From IMG/VR virus record IMGVR_UViG_3300020190_000004: 64,000 nt of DNA, one strand, 5' to 3'. This stretch comes from a virus. Lineage: Duplodnaviria > Caudoviricetes. Shown here piece by piece: positions 53,031 to 62,556 of the stretch. Position 1 is the stretch's first letter. Every line of letters starts with the position of its first letter. The notes under the pieces are model-generated. The model did no database searches. It saw only the letters and a program-made list of their open reading frames with translations, and had not been told where the DNA came from. A program made the translations under genes and the position numbers.

Positions 53031-55220
53031 TTATCGGAGAACGACTGTATGTCCAACCAGGGTATTCTTTCCGTCATTTCCGTCATTTCCATACTCAATA
53101 ATGTAGCAGTAAATTCCACCTGGGACGATTGCACCTCTGTACGTGCCATCCCACTTGCTCGTGGGATCATAAGACTGCCAAACCAATTCTCCCCAACGAT
53201 TGTACATCTTAAGGTTAAAACGATAGGGGTCAAAGCCGCTAGTGAAGATGGGCTGCCAGGACTGGTTGTGTTCATCTCCATCGGGTGTGAAGGCGTTGGG
53301 TATGTAAATGATTACGCTGGGGCATTCTTCTATAGTGATGGAAGTGGTTACTGTCGGTGAGATACAGGAACCTACTTGATGATAAGCTTCAACGGTGAAA
53401 GTCCCAAATTGATTCCATGAAGTAGAGACAGTGCCTCCTTCTAATTGAATGTTGCCCAGGTCCCAGTATGTAGTACCGGGTAGATTGGAAGTCACGCTGT
53501 ACTGGACAGCAACGCTATCACCCTCACAAACTTCGTAAAATGTGTTAGTTGGAAGCAGAGATAGTATTAGCGGTTCCGGGTTAACTGTAACGTAAGCTGT
53601 GTCGTAGAAAGTACAACCGCTTTGTGAGTACTGGTAAGTCACCTCACTGCTTAACAGACCTTCGTCGGGGCAGAATAAACCGTTGCCAACCCCGTCTCCG
53701 GTAAAGGATCCGCCCGCTGGAACTGCTGTTAGTTGCACACAATCATCGTAAGAGCAAAAAGGTCCGATTGGTGATATCTGCGGAAATAACTGCAAGACTA
53801 CGACGGTTGTAGTTGAAGGAAGACTTGTGCAGTTACTCTGGTTGGTAGCAGTCACTGTGATGCTGTACACCCCAGCAGCGACGCCTGTCCAATCCACGTG
53901 TAGTGTGGGTGTTCCTTGCCCGCTAGTGATGCTTCCGCTTGTTGTCCAGCTGTAGGTATACCCAGAAATGTTATTGACGGTGTAAATTTCGTCAGTGGAA
54001 TTGTAGCAAACGGTATCTTGATAGGATACCAGAGGAGGCGCAACTACAGGAGGGTCAGTAAGTGTGACTGACCCGGCGGTTCCACACCCAGCAGCATCTG
54101 TAAGCGTGTAGCTGTAGGTCCCTGCGCAGAGGCCCGTGATCGATAGCTGGTTTGAAAAACCCCAATCAATCGCAAAGGGTGGGTTTCCACCCACAGGTGA
54201 AACTGTGATAGTTCCATCGCACCCGCTTGTGCAGAGTGGGTTTGTCTGTATCACGTTTGGTGGCGGTAGAACTGGAGGTCCCGGTTGTACAAAAACTGTG
54301 TCAGGCCCGTTAGCTCCTGGGGTAAGGTTGCAAGAATTCCAACCTGCGTTGCAAGAAGGATAGACTAACTGGCATGTGTAGTTTGCGCCAGCGGCTGGAG
54401 GCGTAACTGTGATGCTGTTACCAGTTCCGATTGGTGCAGGATTTCCCACTTGGTACCAGGTAGGAGTTGGAAGCACTGGTTGACCACTGGGGGTCCAACG
54501 TCTCCCGTCGTTGTTAGCAGTCCATTGTGATGAATTTCTCCCGGGAGTTGTGACTGCTTGCGTTGCGTTCGCGTTCTGTATTCCTTGAGTGGCCGTTCCG
54601 TTCGCCCAAGCACAAAACTGCTTGCTCTGAATGTGCACCTCTATGACGTTAGTAGACTCATACAGAACTATGTGAAAAGTCCCATTAACCGCAGTGCATG
54701 AGAAAAAAGGAACGCTGATCCAGCTAACCACCAGTTTGCGGCAAGGAGCAGTTCCTTGAACCTGATATCTTATCTGTCCACCAATTCCCGGGTGCCAATC
54801 TTGCCAAGCACCCATCACCGAGTTAGCTGGTGTTCCGGCTGAGGGTATCGGCGCTGAAGTGTAGGTAACAGGTTGGTTGGGTGAGAAGGATATCCAACCG
54901 TTGGAACCCACGTAGAACTGCGTGTAAGTATTTCCGTAGAAGCAGAAAGTAAAGCCGATGTTGAAGGGTCCTTGCTGCGAGTCATCCGACATCTGTAAAA
55001 GGTTGCCTGTGTTAGTTTGATTGACAAAGGGTATCTGTGTTACGCCGTAAGCGGTTGTTTGGTTAGGGTTACTTCCAGCTGCACACTGTGAAAAATCTGC
55101 CACCAGGGTAGCGGTATTCACTCCACATGGCAGGTATTGATCTGGCCCTAAAGCTGGACAGTATTGAGAATGCGCTGCCAGGGCAAGCAGCGTGTAAAGT
55201 AACAGGATTGCTTTTTTCAT
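53031..55220 (-). CDS. Secreted SprB-repeat/Ig-like protein with T9SS type-B (gliding-motility-associated) C-terminal domain
   Basis: Signal peptide; SprB-like repeat (GLCAGTYSYTLTDAAGC); IYIPNAFTPDGD...YNRWGELV...WDGTYRG...GIYCY. Confidence 0.85.
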   Translation of the reverse strand: MKKAILLLYTLLALAAHSQYCPALGPDQYLPCGVNTATLVADFSQCAAGSNPNQTTAYGVTQIPFVNQTNTGNLLQMSDDSQQGPFNIGFTFCFYGNTYTQFYVGSNGWISFSPNQPVTYTSAPIPSAGTPANSVMGAWQDWHPGIGGQIRYQVQGTAPCRKLVVSWISVPFFSCTAVNGTFHIVLYESTNVIEVHIQSKQFCAWANGTATQGIQNANATQAVTTPGRNSSQWTANNDGRRWTPSGQPVLPTPTWYQVGNPAPIGTGNSITVTPPAAGANYTCQLVYPSCNAGWNSCNLTPGANGPDTVFVQPGPPVLPPPNVIQTNPLCTSGCDGTITVSPVGGNPPFAIDWGFSNQLSITGLCAGTYSYTLTDAAGCGTAGSVTLTDPPVVAPPLVSYQDTVCYNSTDEIYTVNNISGYTYSWTTSGSITSGQGTPTLHVDWTGVAAGVYSITVTATNQSNCTSLPSTTTVVVLQLFPQISPIGPFCSYDDCVQLTAVPAGGSFTGDGVGNGLFCPDEGLLSSEVTYQYSQSGCTFYDTAYVTVNPEPLILSLLPTNTFYEVCEGDSVAVQYSVTSNLPGTTYWDLGNIQLEGGTVSTSWNQFGTFTVEAYHQVGSCISPTVTTSITIEECPSVIIYIPNAFTPDGDEHNQSWQPIFTSGFDPYRFNLKMYNRWGELVWQSYDPTSKWDGTYRGAIVPGGIYCYIIEYGNDGNDGKNTLVGHTVVLR

Positions 55221-55221
55221 G

Positions 55222-55719
55222 CTAGTTGGTGTTAATGCGTTCTAATAGTTTTTTTCTTTGTTTGCTGGCTGCCCAAAGGAGGCACAGCTTGTGAAAATGA
55301 AATGCTGATAGCGTAGAGATTGCTACGAATTCTGCAAAGAAGATGTCAGGCCAGTGAATCAGCGTCATAGACATAAAGTATGGTGCTATGTACAAGCTCA
55401 GCCTTTTGTCTGCCATGAGGGGGAAAATTGAGTACACAAAAAAGGTGATTGCAAAAATGTTGTGAAGAACAAAGTGGTCCTCCACAGAAAAGGCCGTAAG
55501 AAGCAGAAGAAGTATTGCAGCAGGTTTCCACCTCTCGGTGGAGAAAAAGTAGTACGAGGTTGCTGCGTTAACAAAGATGAATAGAGGCTGTAAGTGCGTT
55601 GACCAAAACTCAGACATAGAAGCCTGGTCTGTCCTGTGTAAAGTGTACACAAAAGGTGCAACAAAAGAGATGACAATGACAATCAGTCGCACAAGCATGT
55701 TTTTATCTTCCAGCCTCAT
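55222..55719 (-). CDS. Multi-pass membrane protein
   Basis: Four or more hydrophobic segments. Confidence 0.6.
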   Translation of the reverse strand: MRLEDKNMLVRLIVIVISFVAPFVYTLHRTDQASMSEFWSTHLQPLFIFVNAATSYYFFSTERWKPAAILLLLLTAFSVEDHFVLHNIFAITFFVYSIFPLMADKRLSLYIAPYFMSMTLIHWPDIFFAEFVAISTLSAFHFHKLCLLWAASKQRKKLLERINTN

Positions 55720-55818
55720 ACATCCATTTTATTTAGTTCTTTATATATTTGCGCACAAGCAGCATTTTTTCCTTGAATGTTAATCTGAAAGTACAATATA
55801 TTCATATGTATTTTATAT

Positions 55819-57549
55819 TTAGGAAATATGAACTATTCTTTGCCGCATTTCTTGAGGAAAGGATAGCTCTTCTTTAAGCAAGTCATAAAAGCAAGAATCC
55901 AATATGTAAGTCTTTGCCCAGTCACCATTTTCTCTTATGCTTCTACCGACACCCTGCAAAACAGATATGGAAGCCTTCCAGCGATACCACTCGGGTTGAG
56001 CGTCCATCTTCTTTTTTACAAACTTGTTGCCTAACGACGGGTACGGAACCTTTATGAAAATCTGAAATCTGGAAGTTTCACCTTTTAAGTCAAGCCCTTC
56101 AAGTAATGAAGGGCCTATGAGTACCATGTTTTTTTCTCTAGCAAAAGCGCTAAGTGCGGATATCTTACCAGCTGTTCCATCATATAACATTACACGTTTC
56201 CGCAACTCAGCTGGTAATTGTGAATGTAGAGTCTTTGCTAAGTGGTATGAACCACTATGAATAATACCTGAGTCATCTTTATGAATTCTTAAAATCTTTT
56301 GTACTTCACGTATCATCCAAGGAGTATTCTTTTCAATATCACGTTGGCCCATTCTTCTACCTTGATAAAGATAGATAGGTGAATTTGCATAATCAAAGGT
56401 GCTCTTAAGACGATTATAGCGACCGTTCTTTGCACCAATAGTTTTTAAGAAGTATTTAGGATTACCCATAGTAGCACTCATAAATATCTTAAACCCAAAC
56501 TTTGAGTGAAAGTGACGGTCCATCATATAAGATTCCTCAAGACAGTTAAATGTTGCTTCTTCATTAGTAGAAGTCTTTACCATTGCATTGACACCCGTCT
56601 GTTTTATGATTTCTAGAAAGTCGGTTACTTTACAAAGAGAGTCCGAACAAAACCCTGCATTATTCATAGCCGTTTGCCACTCACGCGGGATATCTTGCCA
56701 CTTATCAAACCTTAATTTAACAACATCTCGCATAGCTTTGTTTGCTTGTGCACTCTGTGTTAGAAGTGAATGCATTCTTTTAAGACCTGCTAAGAGAACG
56801 TCATTGTCATTTTCATCAATGAATAATTCTAAAATTTCCTCGAGTTCTCCTTCAGGGTACTGCGGGTACGATAGTCCTTTTTGCCTTTGAAAAGTTATTA
56901 GATTCTTTAACTTAGCAATTCCCAAGTAATTAAAACGTGGAGAAAAGTGCCCTTGTACAATATCTGTAACTCGATGTGCCTCATCGCAAAAAACAAAATC
57001 CCTTTTTGTAAAAGGTTCGCCTCGTCCCTGATCTTGCATATTGTCAGCAACATAATTTCGTTGTATAAGTCCGTAAGAATAGTTAAGTAAACTTACCCTT
57101 GATTGAATGGCTCGTTTGCGGTTGGTCAAGTAACCGCAATTTTCAAAACAAGGAAGTGCTTCAGCCTGTTCATATGATATGTCTCTTATACGGCAATCTC
57201 CTAAAAAGAAAGGCTGTCCATTAACTGTGCAAGTATAGTTATCCCCGCCATAAATCGTGCCCCAACCTAGTTTATAGTATAAAAGGTCTTTTTCATACTG
57301 CTTTTGCAGAGTAACTTCGCTGGTTAGAATGTATCCTTGTCTGCCTTCATCTTCAAGAACGGCAGAAGCAATCATCGCGATTAATGATTTACCGCTACCC
57401 GTGGGTGCTTCAAGAAAATACATATCAGTCTGGCCGCTAAAATACGTGGTAAGTATGTCTTGTATTGTCTCAAGCTGACCAGGGCGAAAAATGAAATCTT
57501 TTCCAAACTTCTTTTCAGCTACTTTTATGATCTTTTCTTTATTATACAT
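55819..57549 (-). CDS. DinG/YoaA-like SF2 DNA helicase
   Basis: EAPTGSGKS, DEAH, MSATM, GLDLKG, KVPYP, QGVGRSIR; several Cys for an Fe-S cluster. Confidence 0.85.
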   Translation of the reverse strand: MYNKEKIIKVAEKKFGKDFIFRPGQLETIQDILTTYFSGQTDMYFLEAPTGSGKSLIAMIASAVLEDEGRQGYILTSEVTLQKQYEKDLLYYKLGWGTIYGGDNYTCTVNGQPFFLGDCRIRDISYEQAEALPCFENCGYLTNRKRAIQSRVSLLNYSYGLIQRNYVADNMQDQGRGEPFTKRDFVFCDEAHRVTDIVQGHFSPRFNYLGIAKLKNLITFQRQKGLSYPQYPEGELEEILELFIDENDNDVLLAGLKRMHSLLTQSAQANKAMRDVVKLRFDKWQDIPREWQTAMNNAGFCSDSLCKVTDFLEIIKQTGVNAMVKTSTNEEATFNCLEESYMMDRHFHSKFGFKIFMSATMGNPKYFLKTIGAKNGRYNRLKSTFDYANSPIYLYQGRRMGQRDIEKNTPWMIREVQKILRIHKDDSGIIHSGSYHLAKTLHSQLPAELRKRVMLYDGTAGKISALSAFAREKNMVLIGPSLLEGLDLKGETSRFQIFIKVPYPSLGNKFVKKKMDAQPEWYRWKASISVLQGVGRSIRENGDWAKTYILDSCFYDLLKEELSFPQEMRQRIVHIS

Positions 57550-58084
57550 TAAACCATTCTGGTGTTTCTGAGTGCGCCCACTTAGCGAAGCGAACTTTAT
57601 GTTTCTTATAGTAATTGCGATAAGCTGTTACAGCGTCAGGATGTTTACAATCATCAGGCATTGCTTGAGGAAAAGGTGTCATTCCAATCGCCGGTAAGTT
57701 TGGATGATTAGTTGCGTACCAAAGATTAATTTCTTCACAAGCATGTTTACGACCATAACGACGTGTATATTCTTTACACATCTCAGCGGTAAGTTCTGTT
57801 AACCAATGATAGTTATCAAGAGATCTTGCTGCCCATTGTGTACATGGGTGATTGCGGTATCCTATGCCGTAAGGGTGTGGCCGGTCTTCTTGTTTTCTCG
57901 GAAAACCTACAAATGTTTTCTTAACAAAATTTGGAGTTATATCTTTTTTTCGAAAAACTCCACGAGCAGTATAAGCAATAGAACCTAGAATTTGACAATG
58001 TTCAACTATCATCTTACATGCGTGCTTGTCGCAGTGATAGCGTGCGCACTTTTCTGGGTCTGTATCTAATACAAAAATGTTCAT
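57542..58084 (-). CDS. Pyrimidine-dimer DNA glycosylase (DenV)-like protein
   Basis: MNIFVLD.DP..CA.YHCDKH..KMIVE..Q; NHPCTQW; FPQAMPD; AYRNYY. Confidence 0.75.
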   Translation of the reverse strand: MNIFVLDTDPEKCARYHCDKHACKMIVEHCQILGSIAYTARGVFRKKDITPNFVKKTFVGFPRKQEDRPHPYGIGYRNHPCTQWAARSLDNYHWLTELTAEMCKEYTRRYGRKHACEEINLWYATNHPNLPAIGMTPFPQAMPDDCKHPDAVTAYRNYYKKHKVRFAKWAHSETPEWFNV

Positions 58085-58089
58085 ATTTG

Positions 58090-58275
58090 TTAATTTTTAT
58101 CCTTCCATTCTAAATATAGTCCTATTACCAGTAACGAGTCTAATCCTACAATTAACAAAGTTTCCAGTAGCCAGTGCCATTCAGTTTGAGTCATACTTAT
58201 ATGACCACTTATAGCCATGAACCCACCCCAGCGCCTGGTTCCTTCTACTATTAGATGTTTTAAGAAATCTTTCAT
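58090..58275 (-). CDS. Small membrane protein
   Basis: Start re-assigned to the ATGA overlap, MKDFLKH. Confidence 0.45.
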   Translation of the reverse strand: MKDFLKHLIVEGTRRWGGFMAISGHISMTQTEWHWLLETLLIVGLDSLLVIGLYLEWKDKN

Positions 58276-58490
58276 TCTATCAGTATAAACACAAGTGTAA
58301 AAAGAGACCACCAGACGGTGAAGGATACGACTAACACAATTAAGTATGTTACCCAATTAGGTAAGTCATGAGCAAAATCCCAAAAGTTAAACTTTTTGTA
58401 CGTTTCTATGATAGATCGCACAAAAAAGACAGGTGTTAATAGGATGGCGTAAAGCAGGACAAGAAGAGCTACGATGATGTTTTCGACCAT
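58272..58490 (-). CDS. Small two-TM membrane protein
   Basis: Start re-assigned to MVENIIV. Confidence 0.5.
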   Translation of the reverse strand: MVENIIVALLVLLYAILLTPVFFVRSIIETYKKFNFWDFAHDLPNWVTYLIVLVVSFTVWWSLFTLVFILIE

Positions 58491-58492
58491 TT

Positions 58493-58837
58493 TTATTTCC
58501 AATATATTTGTATGAATAGCACAGTTGATGCTAACACTAAGCAAGTAATGGTTTTTGCTGATAAAGGTTCTCGCATGACAAAGTAAGAAAGAAGAGCAAA
58601 TACTATCGCGCCTATAGCAAAACCTATAAGTCTACCAGGCCAAGTCTCTCCTCCAAAAGCTGTAGCGCAATACTCCGTGTAAAAATTTAAAGCAATAGAA
58701 ATAGGAATTCCAGCAAGTGAAAGAATCAGCCAGTTTCTCTTTGCCCAATCGAATAAAAACTGTGATTGTAGTTGAAAGTATATTGCAGTTTGTGCTACTA
58801 TCGCGATTATGATTGCTATGATTAGGTTACTGTTCAT
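58493..58837 (-). CDS. Four-TM DMT/SMR-like membrane protein
   Basis: Four hydrophobic helices; W..RLIGF; MREPLS.KT..CL.LA. Confidence 0.55.
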   Translation of the reverse strand: MNSNLIIAIIIAIVAQTAIYFQLQSQFLFDWAKRNWLILSLAGIPISIALNFYTEYCATAFGGETWPGRLIGFAIGAIVFALLSYFVMREPLSAKTITCLVLASTVLFIQIYWK

Positions 58838-59072
58838 TAATTCTTAGGTTTATCTCATGAATAACTAGAGTGCTATCTTTAAACTGTTGTAAGTAATCCC
58901 AAAGAGTAAGAGTTTTTTTACCTTCATATGGATGAGGTTGAGTCATGGCCCACCTTTTGCCAATCTCAAAGTCTTTAGCAGACCAAGTTAAGGGGTGTTG
59001 AGGTTTCTTAATAAAGAATTTACCAAACTTCCTATAGAAGTGGTTTTTAGAATTTTGATATAGTTTTCTCAC
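58827..59072 (-). CDS. Hypothetical protein
   Basis: 81-aa ORF. Confidence 0.45.
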   Translation of the reverse strand: MRKLYQNSKNHFYRKFGKFFIKKPQHPLTWSAKDFEIGKRWAMTQPHPYEGKKTLTLWDYLQQFKDSTLVIHEINLRINEQ

Positions 59073-59104
59073 AATTTTTATATACCGTGGGTGAGAAATA
59101 GTTT

Positions 59105-59551
59105 TTAGATAGCAGGTGGTTTCTCTTTTCTTTCCTTTTTCATTTGAGCAGTCTGCTGTTTGGATTGATCTAACTTCTGTTTCATCATTACTAGTTTTTG
59201 TTCCATAGCGGCAATTTGTTGCTCCATCTGCTCTTCAGCTGCCCGATTTTGGTATATCTTCTTTGACATCGGGTCTTTTGCTTTAGCTGCTTTATCTTTA
59301 AAGTTTTTAGATTTTTCAACAGATTCTTTTGATTTATCGACCTTTGATTTAATTTTTTCTCCGTAATTAGCAAGCTTATCTTTAAATGATGCTATCTTTG
59401 CTGTTAATTTAGCAATAGCTGCTCCAACCTCGTTAATATCTTGATCGTTATACATATCTATAACGGATTCATCTGTAGGGTAAAACTTATCTACCTCTCC
59501 ACTAATGAATTCTTCGTATAGTAGTATTTTAGATTTTGTATTCATTAACAC
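59105..59551 (-). CDS. Coiled-coil putative internal head protein
   Basis: KILLYEEFISGE near the N-terminus. Confidence 0.55.
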   Translation of the reverse strand: MLMNTKSKILLYEEFISGEVDKFYPTDESVIDMYNDQDINEVGAAIAKLTAKIASFKDKLANYGEKIKSKVDKSKESVEKSKNFKDKAAKAKDPMSKKIYQNRAAEEQMEQQIAAMEQKLVMMKQKLDQSKQQTAQMKKERKEKPPAI

Positions 59552-60045
59552 CCGGGCTGAGCGGTATCAGACATTTCCAAATCTTGAGCATGACAACGAT
59601 ATTGCTTGCTTGTCTGGCCAACTCCGGTAGTAGAACCGGCAACTTCCCAACGAATAGTATTATCTTCAAATGCAATAATTTTTCCTATCATGCCGTAAGA
59701 TTCTTTCATAGGGTTGACGCATCTAACAAATTGTCCTATCTGAAAGCGAGCATTGCTTTGTCTCTGATTTTGAAAAATTTCAAAGTTAGGAACAAGCCAG
59801 TTACGATTGGAATAATCACCCGAAGGTCTCATCCAAGAATCGTCTTGTTGTCCGCGCTCGTGCATTTTTAATTGTTTTGTTTTACTGTCTCCATCACCAG
59901 AGTCATGCGCAATTGTTGAAAAAGACCCTATTGCGCCAGAGGTAACATTACCCATACCCGGAGTATTAAATGTATCAGCTGATACCAAGTCTGGTGTATA
60001 CATTTCATTTAAGAAATCGTCGTACTGTAAAATGTGATTTTTCAT
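59545..60045 (-). CDS. Putative internal head protein with C-terminal SH3/KOW-like segment
   Basis: Start re-assigned to MKNHILQYDDFLNE; FQIGQFVRC..P...YGMIGKIIAF. Confidence 0.55.
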   Translation of the reverse strand: MKNHILQYDDFLNEMYTPDLVSADTFNTPGMGNVTSGAIGSFSTIAHDSGDGDSKTKQLKMHERGQQDDSWMRPSGDYSNRNWLVPNFEIFQNQRQSNARFQIGQFVRCVNPMKESYGMIGKIIAFEDNTIRWEVAGSTTGVGQTSKQYRCHAQDLEMSDTAQPGC

Positions 60046-60082
60046 CTTATTTAGTTTCTTCTTTTGTTTCTTCTGAAAACTT

Positions 60083-60679
60083 TTAGTATTTTGCTGCAGA
60101 ATCTTCAACAGAATCCACATCTTTTAATTTTTTAGAATCAGCAACTGCATTAGTTTTAGTTTTCATTCTAGTGTATAAATTTAGAGTACCAATCGTAGCA
60201 GTTGGAAACTGTGATTTAAGAGAATCAAAATCACCCTGAGACATATTCTTAAATGCAGCATACATAGTATTAGAACCAAATATTGATTTCTCGCTCATCC
60301 AAGCAGATCCTTTTGGTAAACTTGTTACAAATGAAAATAGTTCAGAACCTTGGTTTAGCGGTACCGTGATAACAGTTACCATATCACCAGGCTTAACTCC
60401 TAAGAACTGGTCCATTTCTGGAATTTCACTCGCCGATGTAGTTACTTCTTCTAAAATACATACTTTGAAACCAGCAGTTTCCCATGTTTCTAATGCGTAA
60501 ACTCCATTGATGTCTAACCTGGTAAAGGCATACTTGGCAACCATGGCTTTGTACTTTTCTTTTAACTTATACATATTTAATTTTCCATAAAGTGCTTTAG
60601 CTACTTTATCATATGAGATCTTACCTTCAGTTAGATATTCCTCATTCACAAATTGTTCAAATAGTTTAATGTGTTTCAT
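60083..60679 (-). CDS. Putative internal head protein
   Basis: MKHIKLFEQFVNE. Confidence 0.6.
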   Translation of the reverse strand: MKHIKLFEQFVNEEYLTEGKISYDKVAKALYGKLNMYKLKEKYKAMVAKYAFTRLDINGVYALETWETAGFKVCILEEVTTSASEIPEMDQFLGVKPGDMVTVITVPLNQGSELFSFVTSLPKGSAWMSEKSIFGSNTMYAAFKNMSQGDFDSLKSQFPTATIGTLNLYTRMKTKTNAVADSKKLKDVDSVEDSAAKY

Positions 60680-60682
60680 ATC

Positions 60683-61009
60683 TTATTTAGTTTCTTCTTT
60701 TGATTCTTCTGGCTTTTCTTCTGGCTTTTCTTCTGGCTTTTCTTCATCAACAAGTAGTAATTCCCAAACTTGTTTTTTTCCTGGTAGAGTTAACATACCA
60801 ACCTCGGTTTCACCGATAGAAGCTTGTTTACTAGCGATTGCATTATATGTAGAGAGAACAGCGGTATACTTTTTGCCGTCAATTTCCATTTTCTTAAGAG
60901 TTCCTTCGCTGGTATCAGCAGCTTCTTCGGGTGGTTTAACTGTACCTTTTTCTTTGCCTTCAGGCTCGGCCTCGTTCATAGAACAGAATTGTGTAAATGA
61001 CTTAAACAT
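60683..61009 (-). CDS. Putative internal head protein
   Basis: Start re-assigned to MFKSFTQFCSMNE; EKPE repeats. Confidence 0.55.
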   Translation of the reverse strand: MFKSFTQFCSMNEAEPEGKEKGTVKPPEEAADTSEGTLKKMEIDGKKYTAVLSTYNAIASKQASIGETEVGMLTLPGKKQVWELLLVDEEKPEEKPEEKPEESKEETK

Positions 61010-61010
61010 A

Positions 61011-61427
61011 TTACATTCGTTTATCACTTGTAAAGGATTTGTCAAGTTTATCCAACATTTCCTTTAATCGTGTTATTTTATCAACCATTTCTTGGTCACC
61101 TCTTTCTAGGTAATCTTGTTGTGCATACATCAAATCATTTACACAATTGTGTATCTGCACTCGGTCTTGGTCTTCTATTGCTTTTAATATCTTTTCACCG
61201 TATTTTTCTTTAATCTCTGGCAACTTATTGAGAATATCTTCAGCTGTATCCTCTTTCTTATCCATCATCTTCTCGTGTTTCTTGGCAGCAGCTTTTTCTT
61301 TTGCTATAGCTTCCTTCTTCTTTTTCTCAAGAGGGTCTTCTTTGGGCGCTTCTCCACCGCCCGTAAGTGCTGCAAGAGGGTCTTCTTCATTAAGAAACTG
61401 CTCAAAAAGTTTAACGTGTCTTTTCAT
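61011..61427 (-). CDS. Putative internal head protein
   Basis: MKRHVKLFEQFLNE. Confidence 0.6.
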   Translation of the reverse strand: MKRHVKLFEQFLNEEDPLAALTGGGEAPKEDPLEKKKKEAIAKEKAAAKKHEKMMDKKEDTAEDILNKLPEIKEKYGEKILKAIEDQDRVQIHNCVNDLMYAQQDYLERGDQEMVDKITRLKEMLDKLDKSFTSDKRM

Positions 61428-61924
61428 TAGATTCCTGCTGTTTTTCTTGAGTCAGAAATTTGATCCAAGATTAATTTTGTCCAATCTTTAGTAGCTTTGG
61501 TAATGTCTGCCTTGGTTTTAATGCCAAACCTGGGATAACTACGATTACCGCTTCTCATTTGCAATTCAACTCCTTCGATGTAAGCGCCTTTGCCGTCCTC
61601 AAAGCTATCTTGAAAGTAAGAACTAGGCTGTAAGTAAATGTATCCATTAGAACTTATCCAATTACTGATAAACTCTTCTTGTGGTGTCATTTGACGTTTT
61701 TTCCAGAGATCACGATGATCAGCTGTTATTTCTAGTTCGTAACCCTGATTGTAAGGTGTTACGGTAGTCTTAAACGAAGCAATAAAACCAGCTTTCATCA
61801 AGTCGTTAAGAAACTTATCAATTTCTTTTTGCACTATAAAGATTGCTGCTTTGCAGTCTCCCTGTGCTTTAATTAGTTCATTAGACTCGTTAATGAAATT
61901 TTCAAATAGCTTTACATATTTCAT
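61427..61924 (-). CDS. Putative internal head protein
   Basis: MKYVKLFENFINE. Confidence 0.6.
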   Translation of the reverse strand: MKYVKLFENFINESNELIKAQGDCKAAIFIVQKEIDKFLNDLMKAGFIASFKTTVTPYNQGYELEITADHRDLWKKRQMTPQEEFISNWISSNGYIYLQPSSYFQDSFEDGKGAYIEGVELQMRSGNRSYPRFGIKTKADITKATKDWTKLILDQISDSRKTAGI

Positions 61925-61926
61925 AT

Positions 61927-62214
61927 CTAAACTTTAATTTGTAGGTCGCCAATAATTACTCGCTGAATGCCCTTGTATGCCTTTTTAATCGCAGGTTTCT
62001 CGCGATTAATACTTGCAATAACTGAACCTGCGTCCATAGCACTAATGTTTGTTGGCTGCTCAATGATTAAGTCTTTATTCTTATCATCATATGTGACATC
62101 GGTAAAGACACCGCTACCTTTAGGAAGTTTAAGAATTTTTTCAAGTCCTTCAACTTCTTTGCTCACAGGTGCGCCTTCCCAGATAAAAGCTTCGTATGTC
62201 TTAACCCAGTTCAT
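61927..62214 (-). CDS. Putative internal head protein
   Basis: Start re-assigned to MNWVKTYEAFIWE; GATATATA at 62229. Confidence 0.6.
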   Translation of the reverse strand: MNWVKTYEAFIWEGAPVSKEVEGLEKILKLPKGSGVFTDVTYDDKNKDLIIEQPTNISAMDAGSVIASINREKPAIKKAYKGIQRVIIGDLQIKV

Positions 62215-62238
62215 AATCTGATTTTTTCTATATATCAC

Positions 62239-62556
62239 TTAAAGCAGCTGCCACAATTTGCTACAGTCTCGTGTACGAGCTGCTTTTTCATATTCTTCAT
62301 TAGCAACAAAATACTTTTCACACTTATTCAGCGCACTGAGCACAGAATCTTTGTTGCTAATCTTAAAAATTGTTACTCCGGTAATTGTCACAAGTTTCAT
62401 AATATCAAAAGTATTCTTGCCAACAAATCTTTCACATGATTCCAATACATTTTCAAACACCTCATCGGTATTTTCTACCATCCACTCTTTAATTGACCCT
62501 TCAACAATATACTCTTTCATAAACCTGCTATATTTCTTGCGTTCATAATCCACCAA
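62239..62556 (-). CDS. Protein with UVR-like C-terminal helix pair
   Basis: LNKCEKYFVANEEYEKAARTRD. Confidence 0.55.
   Translation of the reverse strand: MVDYERKKYSRFMKEYIVEGSIKEWMVENTDEVFENVLESCERFVGKNTFDIMKLVTITGVTIFKISNKDSVLSALNKCEKYFVANEEYEKAARTRDCSKLWQLL

Noticed and set aside
53049-53360. Plus-strand 103-aa ORF and other plus-strand ORFs inside minus-strand genes
   Set aside because: They lie antisense to well-supported genes and have no motifs.
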